DNA of 32,000 nt, from contig NC_009925.1 of NCBI RefSeq assembly GCF_000018105.1, positions 1,290,001-1,322,000 of the forward strand, in the 5' to 3' direction. Below the pieces are notes generated by a model. It saw only the letters and a program-made list of their open reading frames with translations. It had not been told where the DNA came from and searched no databases. This document shows, in pieces, positions 7,394-15,332 of this stretch. This DNA comes from Acaryochloris marina MBIC11017. GTDB taxonomy: Bacteria; Cyanobacteriota; Cyanobacteriia; Thermosynechococcales; Thermosynechococcaceae. The stretch's first letter is position 1, and every line of letters starts with the position of its first letter. Position numbers and translations under genes: made by a program.

Positions 7394-8650
7394 ATGAAGC
7401 AAGCAATTACTAACCTTTTTGGTTTTTCCCTACTGGGTATGGGGATGGTTGGTTGTGGTGAAATAGTCAAAGAAGAAATTAGAACGGTTGCAGTCGAAAC
7501 TACACCTGTCGCCAACACAACGCTGTCAATAACTGCAATTGCCCCTATCCCAGACAAATTCCCACGCCAAGTGCGTCACCACTTTAACCGTTATACACAG
7601 GTCATTGCTCCCAATGGTAAGCCGCTCAACATATACGCCCAGGCTAATATCAGCGATCACCAGATCATTCAGGCACGTAACACCCTGAGTTTCTGGTTGA
7701 CCAATGTACCAAGCACTCAATTTGGCTCAGACAAAACTGCTGTTGCCAATAAGATGGGAGACAATCAAGCGACGCTCATGCTGCTGAACGGCTCAGATGG
7801 TGATACCCAACCACCGCCCCTTAATGCACAACCACTCTATGAAAATGAGTTGGTGGTACCTGGTTCAGCATGGTATATCAACAACGATTTTCAACACCGT
7901 GATGCAACCTTTGAAGAAATCCTACATCTTGTTCATGACACGGGGATAGGCGTCGATGGTCGAAACACTAGACCAGGAGCTTTGCCCGACTTCCAGGCAG
8001 AAATCCGCGCTGCTACAGACAATGCCATTGCCAACAACTTTCAAATCTGGCCAATGGTAGCTAATACAAAGGAGGGTTCGAAACAATGGTACGAGGAGTT
8101 AGCTCGTGAAAACAGTCTCACTCAGGAGTATCTTGCAGCCGTGATCGATAGCTATTACGGTCTCTGGGGGGCATTTGATAAGGATGTCGGAATGTGGGGT
8201 GAGTACATCGCCAAAACGCGTTCTGACATCAAAATAAAAGATCCGATGGGGTTCGCGCTAATGGGGCAGTTTTTCAGTCCCTATTTGACCTATAACGCGC
8301 AACTTGACCCAGCATTCAATGGCAATTTTACGATGACGTTTGATGCCAGCACGCCATACACTCATAAATCACAATACTTATTGCATGCAACGTTGACGGG
8401 TAGCAATAACGCCAACCTAAGGGGTAACGATCAGGATAATCAGTTGGGGGGTAACACTGGTGACAACGTGATAGATGGTTTGGCGGGATATGACGTGGTT
8501 TTGTATCCACGGAGGAAAAATGAATACACTGTTAGCAACAACCCTGATGGCACGATTAAGGTTGTTGGAGATGGAACGGATACGCTGGTGAATATTGAAG
8601 AGATCAAATTTATCGACGGCAACATATTAGGAAGTGGAATAGATTCCTAA
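7394..8650 (+). CDS. Secreted/lipoprotein with C-terminal hemolysin-type (RTX-like) calcium-binding repeats, 418 aa
   Basis: N-terminal signal with LLGMGMVGCGE lipobox. The C-terminus carries GNDQDNQLGGNTGDNVIDGLAGYDV and DTLVNIEEIKFIDG, typical of GGxGxD-repeat proteins. Confidence 0.7.
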   Translation: MKQAITNLFGFSLLGMGMVGCGEIVKEEIRTVAVETTPVANTTLSITAIAPIPDKFPRQVRHHFNRYTQVIAPNGKPLNIYAQANISDHQIIQARNTLSFWLTNVPSTQFGSDKTAVANKMGDNQATLMLLNGSDGDTQPPPLNAQPLYENELVVPGSAWYINNDFQHRDATFEEILHLVHDTGIGVDGRNTRPGALPDFQAEIRAATDNAIANNFQIWPMVANTKEGSKQWYEELARENSLTQEYLAAVIDSYYGLWGAFDKDVGMWGEYIAKTRSDIKIKDPMGFALMGQFFSPYLTYNAQLDPAFNGNFTMTFDASTPYTHKSQYLLHATLTGSNNANLRGNDQDNQLGGNTGDNVIDGLAGYDVVLYPRRKNEYTVSNNPDGTIKVVGDGTDTLVNIEEIKFIDGNILGSGIDS

Positions 8651-9070
8651 CCTATGCTGAAAAGTTATCTATTTTCTGGGAAGTTTCTGTGATTTTTTGA
8701 ATAATTAACCTTAGGCTAGGGATCTGTTCCGCTGCCTCAGCAGATTATGAGTTTGTTCATTTCAGTCGAAGCCTAACGTTCTGAAAGTATTAAATACAAA
8801 GGCTTTCAAGGATTTATGGGGCAAAAACAAAAATATATTTCCTTGAAACCTATACTCACCAAGGTATACAAGGTTTTTGCCTTTTTAAAGGATCAAAAAT
8901 CAGCGTTTGAAACCCATGCTATGAAAAGGATACAGCCTTAACGTTGTTTTTTGTCCAAATAGACCCTAAACCCCGGTTGCAGATGTTTGGGTCGCCGTTT
9001 TCGAACCGATAAGGTGGGCTTGGCAGCCTTTCATGGAGGAAAGTCGCGATATATTGCCCGAAAGCCAACG

Positions 9071-10033
9071 TTATTGTTCGAATACTCGTTTAAGTGCGTC
9101 TCTACTCTCTTGTTCGGCCTTGATTGAGACCCTTGCTTCCGGGGCCATTTCAAAGCCGTGGTAGGCACCCGCAAGAACGTGAAGCTCTACAGGAACGCCC
9201 GCTTTGAGCATTCGCATTGCGTATTCAACATCTTCTTCAAGGAACAAATCCAAGCTACCGACGTACATGTATGCAGGCGGAAGATTCGAAAGATCGGTGG
9301 CACGGGCCGCCACTGAATAAGGCGGAACCTCTTCTTCTCCGGGTGATTGTCCCAGCAAGGAAGTCCAGCCAAAGGCGTTGGCATCACGGGTCCAGCCAAA
9401 TTCACCTACATGCGGATTGCCATCTGAACACGTCACTGTGCGATCGTCGAGCATAGGGTAGATTAACAACTGAAAACAAATGTCTATCTCGCCGCAATCT
9501 CGGGCGTACAAAGCCAAGTTCGCCGTCAGTCCGCCACCGGCGCTTTCTCCACCGATAGCGATACGGCAGCGATCCACACCAAGCTCGTCGGCGTTTTCGT
9601 GCAGCCATTTCAGCGCCGTGTAGCATTCTTTGACTGCGGTCGGTGCCGTTACTTCTGGAGACAGCTGGTAGTCGACCGAAACGACAACGCAACCGACTTC
9701 AGATGCCGTGCGTGTGTTGCCTACATTCCCAAGATCGGCTGTTCCAACGATGTAGCCGCCACCATGAATGTGCAGCATTGCGGGCTTGAGATCGTCGCCG
9801 CCTATGGGGGTAAAGATGTTAATTCCGATGTCCGGCCCACCTTCCAGGCCAGGAATGGTGCGGCTCTCCATCTTAACGTCGTCGCGCTCGTAATCTGCTG
9901 TGGGTGGCACAAAATCCAGGACCCCAGCCCGCACCTCGGCAAGTGTTTCTGTCCCAATTTTGAATGCGGGTAAGGATTCCATTGTCGGACGGAGTTCTGG
10001 ATCAACAAGATCAATGGTAGTTTTTGGCATCAT
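9071..10033 (-). CDS. Alpha/beta hydrolase fold-3 esterase/lipase (HSL family IV), 320 aa
   Basis: HGGGY oxyanion motif, GESAGG nucleophile elbow, C-terminal D...H. Composition is clearly more GC-rich than the flanks (35/60 GC hand-counted at 9541-9600). Confidence 0.85.
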   Translation of the reverse strand: MMPKTTIDLVDPELRPTMESLPAFKIGTETLAEVRAGVLDFVPPTADYERDDVKMESRTIPGLEGGPDIGINIFTPIGGDDLKPAMLHIHGGGYIVGTADLGNVGNTRTASEVGCVVVSVDYQLSPEVTAPTAVKECYTALKWLHENADELGVDRCRIAIGGESAGGGLTANLALYARDCGEIDICFQLLIYPMLDDRTVTCSDGNPHVGEFGWTRDANAFGWTSLLGQSPGEEEVPPYSVAARATDLSNLPPAYMYVGSLDLFLEEDVEYAMRMLKAGVPVELHVLAGAYHGFEMAPEARVSIKAEQESRDALKRVFEQ

Positions 10034-10389
10034 CTATCTCCTGAAAATAACGTGTTTCATCATTCGGGGTCGATCTGACCGATCCCGTTGGGTTGTTGCT
10101 GCTTTGATGGGAGAGTGAGTTGGGCTCAAACTAGATGGTTATTGTCACCTTTTCCGGGCCGCTCGATAAGGCGGTACACCACTCAGCAGGTGTTTGGTTT
10201 TCCCAGGCATAATCATCTCCGGGAATCATTGTGACGATAATGACGCCACGCGTGAACGCCGATGCGGTGTTCTTGTCATGAAAGTAGATGCTATAACCCG
10301 AATTGGAGTGATGCATCGTAAATGCTTCCGGCGTTTCATGCCTCTCCTTCGCCATGTCGGTGAAGCTATTGGTCGACATCATGCCGATA

Positions 10390-11343
10390 TAGCAGTCGCC
10401 ATATTGAGAAGGACTTAAACTAGAGAAGTATTTTATTCCTTCTCCTGTGTGATGCCCAAAATTTATAGTTACGACCTACGTTGCAAAGTGATAGATGCGA
10501 TTGAGCTAGATGGGATGCGCCCTTCTGAGGCTAGTGAGCTGTTCGATATCAGTCGTAACACCATTAACCAATGGCAACACCTCAAGGCGGAAACGGGTGA
10601 TTTGCATCCCAAGCCAGTCCATCATCCTGGCCATAGCCATAAAATCACTGACTGGGACAAGTTTCGAGCGTTTGCCCACAAGCATCGTCATAAAACCCAA
10701 GCTCAGATGGCTCAACTATGGGATGGAGAGATTAGTGATCGAACCATCTCAAGAGCCCTCCAGAAAATCGGATTTACTCGAAAAAAAAACATATGGGTAC
10801 CGAGAACGAGATAAGCACAAACGGGCAGCGTTCATCAAACGTCTGAGTACCGTGGACCCAGACGATATCGTCTATGCGGATGAGTCGGGCATGGATCATC
10901 GAGACGAGTATGACTATGCTTATGGCCCCAAAGGTGAGCGGGTTTATGCTTTGAAGACTGGGCGTAGAAGCGGCCGAGTCAATATGATTGCGGCGTTGAG
11001 AGCAAAGCAGTTGATGGCACCGTTCACGATCGAAGGAGCTTGCAATCGGACTGTGTTTGAACTTTGGCTAGAGCGTTGCTTGATACCCGTGCTCAAGCCT
11101 GGGCAGAAGCTGGTGATAGATAATGCCACTTTTCACAAGGGAGGACAAATACAGGAATTAGTGGAAAAAGCAGGATGTGAGGTTTGGTATTTACCGCCTT
11201 ATTCCCCTGACTTGAACAAGATTGAGCGGTCTTGGTCTTGGATTAAAAGTCGCATCCGTCACCAATTAGAACATTTTGGATCTCTCAGAGAAGCAATGGA
11301 ACATGTTCTACATCTAGTGTCCTGAATAGAATGGCGACTGCTA
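10390..11343 (+). mobile_element. IS630-family insertion sequence (~954 bp) with TA target-site duplication
   Basis: Terminal inverted repeats TAGCAGTCGCCAT (10390-10402) and ATGGCGACTGCTA (11331-11343), with the similarity extending to ...AGGAC. Flanking TA at 10388-10389 and 11344-11345. Size and TA duplication are typical of ISY100-like IS630 elements. Confidence 0.85.
10449..11325 (+). CDS. IS630-family DDE transposase in two frames joined at an A9 run (10781-10789)
   Basis: The N-terminal HTH ORF (10449-10814) and the DDE ORF (to 11325) overlap. DDE signature: VYADESGMD, VIDNATFHK, YSPDLNKIERSW. Frame B is +1 relative to frame A. Deleting one A would give the continuous reading ...FTRKKTYGYRERD. 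Confidence 0.85.
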
Positions 11344-11547
11344 TACCATCCTTTTGAAGGATCGTCGTTTCTAGCTTGTCGGTCAGCAAAGACCGCGCGA
11401 GGCCCCACTGCTGGGTGTCGTATGCGTTGGCCTGCGCATCGATCACGCATTGGATTTCCAAAACGTCCACCAAGCTTTCGGCGGTGATCGGGGTTTCTTG
11501 AGAGATTGGTTTCGACCCCGGTGAAGGTCTAGCCATTGCGTTTAATC

Positions 11548-12483
11548 TCAGAACTCCGTGCCCAGCAGATCGTTCGAAAGCACCCAAAGCTGCTTTGCGC
11601 CATCAGCATCGTAGGCATGTGGAGCGTATCCACCATCGGTCACATCTCCACCACCCGGTTCAGAAATGTGACAATCTTCCAGATACAGGCCCGTTTTGCC
11701 GCTCAGATCAGGCGATGTCGTGGCCCAGCAGGATGTTGCCGCCCCTTGAGGGACCGTCTTCCAGATATCCGGATAATCCTTGATCATCTTCTCAAAGGTC
11801 TTGGCCACTTCCGGTTCCAGATTACGGCCAAGCTCGGTCTGGATACCACCTGGGTGTACCGCAAAGCTGGTCACACCACGATCTGCCCAACGGCGGGCGA
11901 GTTCTACCGTGAACCAGATGTTTGCCGTTTTTGATTGACCATAGGCTTGAAGCGCTTCATAGTCGCGGTTCTGAAAATTCGGATCTTCCAAATCTACCGT
12001 TGAATACCAGTGCCCAGCAGATGACAGGTTGATAACGCGGGCTTCTCCTGAGGCCTTGGTGGCATCGGCCAGCAAATTAGTCAGCAGAAAGTGACCCAGA
12101 TGGTTCGTTGCAAACTGGCTTTCCCAGCCCTCAGCGGTACGAGTCAACGGAGGTGCCATAATGCCTGCGTTGTTGATCAGAATATCGAGTTTTTCGTGGC
12201 GACTAAGCCAGTCTTCCGCGAAGCGGCGAATCGTGGCGGGCTTGTCCAGTTCCAAGGTCGCAATTTCGGGTAAACGACCCGTTTCAGATTGAATTTCGTT
12301 GGCGACATTGGAAAGCTTGGCCTTCGATCTCGCAACGAGGGTAACATCAGCACCGCAAGCAGCAAGAGCGCGGGCAGTTTCGGCCCCAAGGCCTGTTGAT
12401 GCTCCAGTTACAAGGACGGTTTTGCCCGACAGATCGATACCATTGAGCACGTCGGTCGTCGTAGAGTTGCGATCAAATTTCAT
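11548..12483 (-). CDS. Short-chain dehydrogenase/reductase (retinol-dehydrogenase/WWOX-like SDR), 311 aa
   Basis: Cofactor site TGASTGLG, NNAG motif, catalytic YGQSK. GC-rich composition. Confidence 0.9.
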   Translation of the reverse strand: MKFDRNSTTTDVLNGIDLSGKTVLVTGASTGLGAETARALAACGADVTLVARSKAKLSNVANEIQSETGRLPEIATLELDKPATIRRFAEDWLSRHEKLDILINNAGIMAPPLTRTAEGWESQFATNHLGHFLLTNLLADATKASGEARVINLSSAGHWYSTVDLEDPNFQNRDYEALQAYGQSKTANIWFTVELARRWADRGVTSFAVHPGGIQTELGRNLEPEVAKTFEKMIKDYPDIWKTVPQGAATSCWATTSPDLSGKTGLYLEDCHISEPGGGDVTDGGYAPHAYDADGAKQLWVLSNDLLGTEF

Positions 12484-12586
12484 AGTTCGTCTTATTTTCT
12501 CCTAAGGTGTTATTGACGAGACTCTCAGAATAGTGAGTTTGGCTGCGGCGCTGCGATGCTCCGGAACGCTAAAGTGCCACGTTTTT

Positions 12587-12742
12587 TTACTTAAAGCCGT
12601 GCTTCTTGAAGAAGCCATCAATGGCGGGATATCTGCCAGCCGCGTTGAAGCCTTCAGGAGCGTATAGATGAGCAGCTAGGTTATATCCCTGACTCTTGAA
12701 GGAAATCTCTTTCTTTCCGGACTTAAGGTTCAGCTCTAACAT
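12587..12742 (-). pseudogene. Remnant of a Cys-elbow alpha/beta hydrolase paralogue (N-terminal ~41 codons fused to a C-terminal tail)
   Basis: MLELNLKSGKKEISFKSQGYNLAAHLYAPEGFNAAGRYPAI aligns with the N-terminus of the 13933-14877 product (VTFKSFGVDLVGDLYLPEGFNESKKYKAI, 15/29 identical). It then jumps to DGFFKKHGFK*, comparable to the ...AEFFNK* end. The catalytic core is absent. Confidence 0.5.
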
Positions 12743-12878
12743 GCTTGATTCCTGACGATATGGTTTACCAAACAGAGGCTTCAGCACAGTCCTCAATGTT
12801 TCTCAGAGAGTATTGATGATCTTGGACTGTGCCCGCAAGCCCGCTGTTTGCATTTACATGTTAATTTCTGGCTTACTC

Positions 12879-12925
12879 CTAAATCAGCCGTATTAATCTT
12901 ATTTTTTTGCCAATTTGTATCAATC
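12879..12925. promoter_or_regulatory. Conserved ~47-nt divergent-promoter/operator block, copy 1 (shared with 14926-14972)
   Basis: CTAAATCAGCCGTATTAATCTTATTTTTTTGCCAATTTGTATCAATC compared with CTAAACTAGCCCAATTAATCTCAAATTTTTGCCTATTTGTATCAACC. Confidence 0.4.
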
Positions 12926-12962
12926 TCAGGAAAAGATGGCGGAGGTGGGTCATCCTAGAACC

Positions 12963-13847
12963 ATGAATAATATGTGTAAAATTATCGAGCTCATTGATCG
13001 ACACGCAATTTCTGAGGGCGCGACAGAGACTCCTATTGAGGGATTGCAGCTGTTTCGGACGAATCACCTTGTGGAGCGATTGCCTGGGGTGTACGACCCG
13101 AGTATTTGCGTGATTGTGCAGGGACAGAAGCGGGCGTACTTGGATGGCACAACCCACATCTACGATAGAGATCAGTATTTGTGCAGTACTCTGCCTATAC
13201 CTGCAGAGGCAGAGGTGGTCGAGGCATCGCCAGAAAAACCCCTGCTTGGTCTTTTGCTGCGCCTTGAGACTCGAACCATGTTTGAGACGGTACTTGAGAT
13301 GACGGCTCTGGATCGTGGCAGCGCCTCAAGAGCCGAAGTTGTGCCTGGGCTTACTGTGGCCAAGTGGGATGAGGACTTTGCCACAGGGCTTCAACGCCTT
13401 TTGGAATTGTTGGATGATCCTGTTGCACTCAATATCCTCGGCAGTGGCAGGCTTAAGGAATTGATGTTTGCGGTTCTTCGGGGTGAGGCTGGGGGCGCGT
13501 TTGTCCATGCATTTGGGGGAGGAATGCAGCAGATATCGCGGGCATTGACTTTCCTGAACGCCAATCTTCATGAAGCGATCTCGATTGATGAGTTGGCTAA
13601 AGAGGCAGGAATGAGCCGCGCAGTGTTTCACCGCAAGTTCAAAGAAGTAACTACTTATTCCCCGATTCAGTTTATTAAGCTGCATCGTCTCAATGAGGCA
13701 TCAAGGCTGATTGTGAGTGGCTCTACTGCGGGGGATGCAGCAAATCGTGTGGGCTACTCTAGCCAATCTCAATTTAGTCGCGATTTCCGACGGTATTTTG
13801 GCAAATCCCCTTACCAATGGGGACTGGAACAGCGGTCTGAACAATAG
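12963..13847 (+). CDS. AraC-family transcriptional regulator (AraC_N-type N-terminal domain plus C-terminal double HTH)
   Basis: C-terminal HTH: ISIDELAKEAGMSRAVFHRKFKEVTTYSPIQFIKLHRLNEA...VGYSSQSQFSRDFRRYFGKSP. I chose ATG 12963 (MNNMCKIIELIDRH) as the start because the decayed paralogue at 15010 also begins MNNRCNIIDLIDRH. Alternative starts are 12915 (TTG, the track start) and 12936. Confidence 0.85.
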   Translation: MNNMCKIIELIDRHAISEGATETPIEGLQLFRTNHLVERLPGVYDPSICVIVQGQKRAYLDGTTHIYDRDQYLCSTLPIPAEAEVVEASPEKPLLGLLLRLETRTMFETVLEMTALDRGSASRAEVVPGLTVAKWDEDFATGLQRLLELLDDPVALNILGSGRLKELMFAVLRGEAGGAFVHAFGGGMQQISRALTFLNANLHEAISIDELAKEAGMSRAVFHRKFKEVTTYSPIQFIKLHRLNEASRLIVSGSTAGDAANRVGYSSQSQFSRDFRRYFGKSPYQWGLEQRSEQ

Positions 13848-13896
13848 ACACATGAGTGGATCGAGGTGAGCGGCTATCCCATTGAGTAATGAGAGA

Positions 13897-13925
13897 AGCT
13901 AGAGGTCATAGTATGACCTCTAGCT
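13897..13925. terminator. Perfect 29-nt palindrome between convergent genes (bidirectional terminator candidate)
   Basis: AGCTAGAGGTCATA-G-TATGACCTCTAGCT. Confidence 0.6.
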
Positions 13926-13932
13926 AATCAAC

Positions 13933-14877
13933 TCACTTGTTGAAGAACTCAGCCACAGCATCGGTTGACGCTTTTACAGCGTCTGGCTTGTAGTAGAAAT
14001 CAACATGACCAAACTCGTCGAAAGTTAGAACTTCATGCTCATTAGTCAGTTTTTCAATAAACTGTGTTGAGCAAATCGCTGTGAATGCTGATGGGCTATA
14101 AATAATCAAAGAAGGTTGGACGATCTTGTCTGCATAATGCTCTCCAATAGAAATAAGGGATTGCATGGCCTGATCACCGATGTGCATATTGGTGAAGTTT
14201 TTGATTGTTCCTGGTCCGGCAACTCCATCTTTTCCGTAGTAGTCATAGGTGTCCGCAGCCATTGGATTAACGCCTAATCCAACAAACTCTTCTTTTGTAT
14301 ACTCATCGGTCAGTACATTAGGGGCGTTATAATCTGCTTCGCCTGTTTCATACATTTTTTGTCTAGAAGCATTCGCAGCCTCGATCATCATGTTTGCAAT
14401 ATTTCTGTCAGTCCATTGAAATCCGTCTGCTGCCATCATTCCAGAAACTGTCGCAATTTTCTTGATGCGGTGATCGGTTACAGATGCGGAGGCAATGATT
14501 GAACCGCCTTGGCATACGCCTAGACCATAGATTTCTTCTACGAATGGAAGTGTTCCCAAGTATGAAACTGCATCCCATGTATTTTCGATCAATCGAAACA
14601 TATACCTGGATTGCTTATACTCGCCAGGCAATGCTGGCGAATCTCCCATGCCTAAATAGTCAAAGCCTAAAAATACAAAGCCTCTTTTAGCCATTTCTGG
14701 CCCATATGTTCCAAGAACTTGCTCTTTAACCTGTGGGAACGGACTAGCTCCAACGATGGCTTTGTATTTTTTGCTTTCGTTAAAACCTTCTGGAAGATAT
14801 AGGTCACCCACTAAATCCACTCCAAAGGATTTGAAAGTTACTTTGTTGTTGCCAGCAATGAGAGTTGGGTTTGTCAT
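13933..14877 (-). CDS. Alpha/beta hydrolase with a cysteine at the nucleophile elbow (dienelactone-hydrolase-like), 314 aa
   Basis: The elbow YGLGVCQGG carries Cys where GxSxG normally has Ser. It is a paralogue of the 20870-21781 product (YGLGICASSG). Confidence 0.8.
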   Translation of the reverse strand: MTNPTLIAGNNKVTFKSFGVDLVGDLYLPEGFNESKKYKAIVGASPFPQVKEQVLGTYGPEMAKRGFVFLGFDYLGMGDSPALPGEYKQSRYMFRLIENTWDAVSYLGTLPFVEEIYGLGVCQGGSIIASASVTDHRIKKIATVSGMMAADGFQWTDRNIANMMIEAANASRQKMYETGEADYNAPNVLTDEYTKEEFVGLGVNPMAADTYDYYGKDGVAGPGTIKNFTNMHIGDQAMQSLISIGEHYADKIVQPSLIIYSPSAFTAICSTQFIEKLTNEHEVLTFDEFGHVDFYYKPDAVKASTDAVAEFFNK

Positions 14878-14925
14878 TTTCTTTATCCCTTCGGGTCGGC
14901 TTGCATTGTAATTCCTTCACCGACG

Positions 14926-14972
14926 CTAAACTAGCCCAATTAATCTCAAATTTTTGCCTATTTGTATCAACC
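14926..14972. promoter_or_regulatory. Conserved divergent-promoter/operator block, copy 2
   Basis: See 12879-12925. It occupies the same position between a hydrolase and an AraC gene (here a pseudogene). Confidence 0.4.
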
Positions 14973-15009
14973 GTAAAAAAGGAGAATAGATATAGGTCAT
15001 TCTGGAATC

Positions 15010-15250
15010 ATGAATAATAGATGCAACATTATCGATCTCATTGATCGACATACTATTTCCGAGGGAGTGACGGAGACCTCCATTGAGGGATTGAAACTGT
15101 TTTGGATAAATCACACTGTGGATCGATTGCCTGGGGTGACCCGAGTATTTGTGTGATTATGCTGCAGCAGGGATGGAAGCAGGCGTATTTGGGCGGAACA
15201 ACCCACATTTACGATAGAGATCAATACTTCTGCATTACTCTGCCTCTATC
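15010..15250 (+). pseudogene. Decayed, truncated AraC-family paralogue (N-terminal ~80 codons, frameshifted)
   Basis: Nucleotide-level similarity to 12963-13200 is obvious by eye. There is a 4-nt deletion after TTGCCTGGGGTG and an extra CTGCAG-type insertion. Similarity stops near 15250 and the HTH domain is absent. Confidence 0.7.
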
Positions 15251-15332
15251 TACATCATCTAAATACTCTGTTTACTCTGTAATGCCAGACAGTATAGTTG
15301 AAACCGTCAATTACGGGTTTTAACCACCTGCC

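Larger units (their letters stand above)
10131..11536 (-). pseudogene. NTF2-like (SnoaL_4-type) gene interrupted by an IS630 element; fragments 11345-11536 and 10131-10387
   Basis: Removing 10390-11343 and one TA joins ...ETTILQKDG + IG + MMSTNSFTDMAKERHE... in frame. GGT-ATC-GGC-ATG was checked nucleotide by nucleotide. The result is a 149-aa ORF starting at ATG 11536, 11 nt after the SDR stop. Confidence 0.7.

Noticed and set aside
8800-8885. Interleaved complementary segments (GGCTTTCAAGGA/TCCTTGAAACC and GGCAAAAAC/GTTTTTGCC) suggesting a pseudoknot or MITE
   Set aside because: The arms are short (9-11 nt), AT-rich and partly mismatched in a low-complexity spacer. I cannot distinguish them from chance without genome-wide copy or covariation data.
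9187-10418. Cluster of 70-124-aa ORFs on both strands over the esterase gene and the NTF2-like fragment
   Set aside because: These are typical antisense or off-frame ORFs of GC-rich DNA. Their products are Arg/Cys/Trp-rich nonsense, and the esterase frame carries the HGGG and GESAG motifs.
11285-11587. 100-aa minus-strand ORF as an independent gene
   Set aside because: Its 3' third is read-through into the IS630 inverted repeat (..GIAVAILF..). Its 5' extension overlaps the SDR stop. I reinterpreted it as the 5' half of the IS-split NTF2-like gene, starting at 11536.
11536-12505. Plus-strand ORFs antisense to the SDR (11536-11934, 11595-11783, 12091-12273, 12299-12505)
   Set aside because: They are shadow ORFs. 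The minus frame carries the TGxxxGxG and YxxxK SDR motifs.
15102-15323. 73-aa ORF as a real small gene
   Set aside because: Its middle (DPSICVIMLQQGWKQAYLGGTTHIYDRDQYFCITLPL) is simply the out-of-frame continuation of the decayed AraC paralogue. It was called as part of the pseudogene instead.
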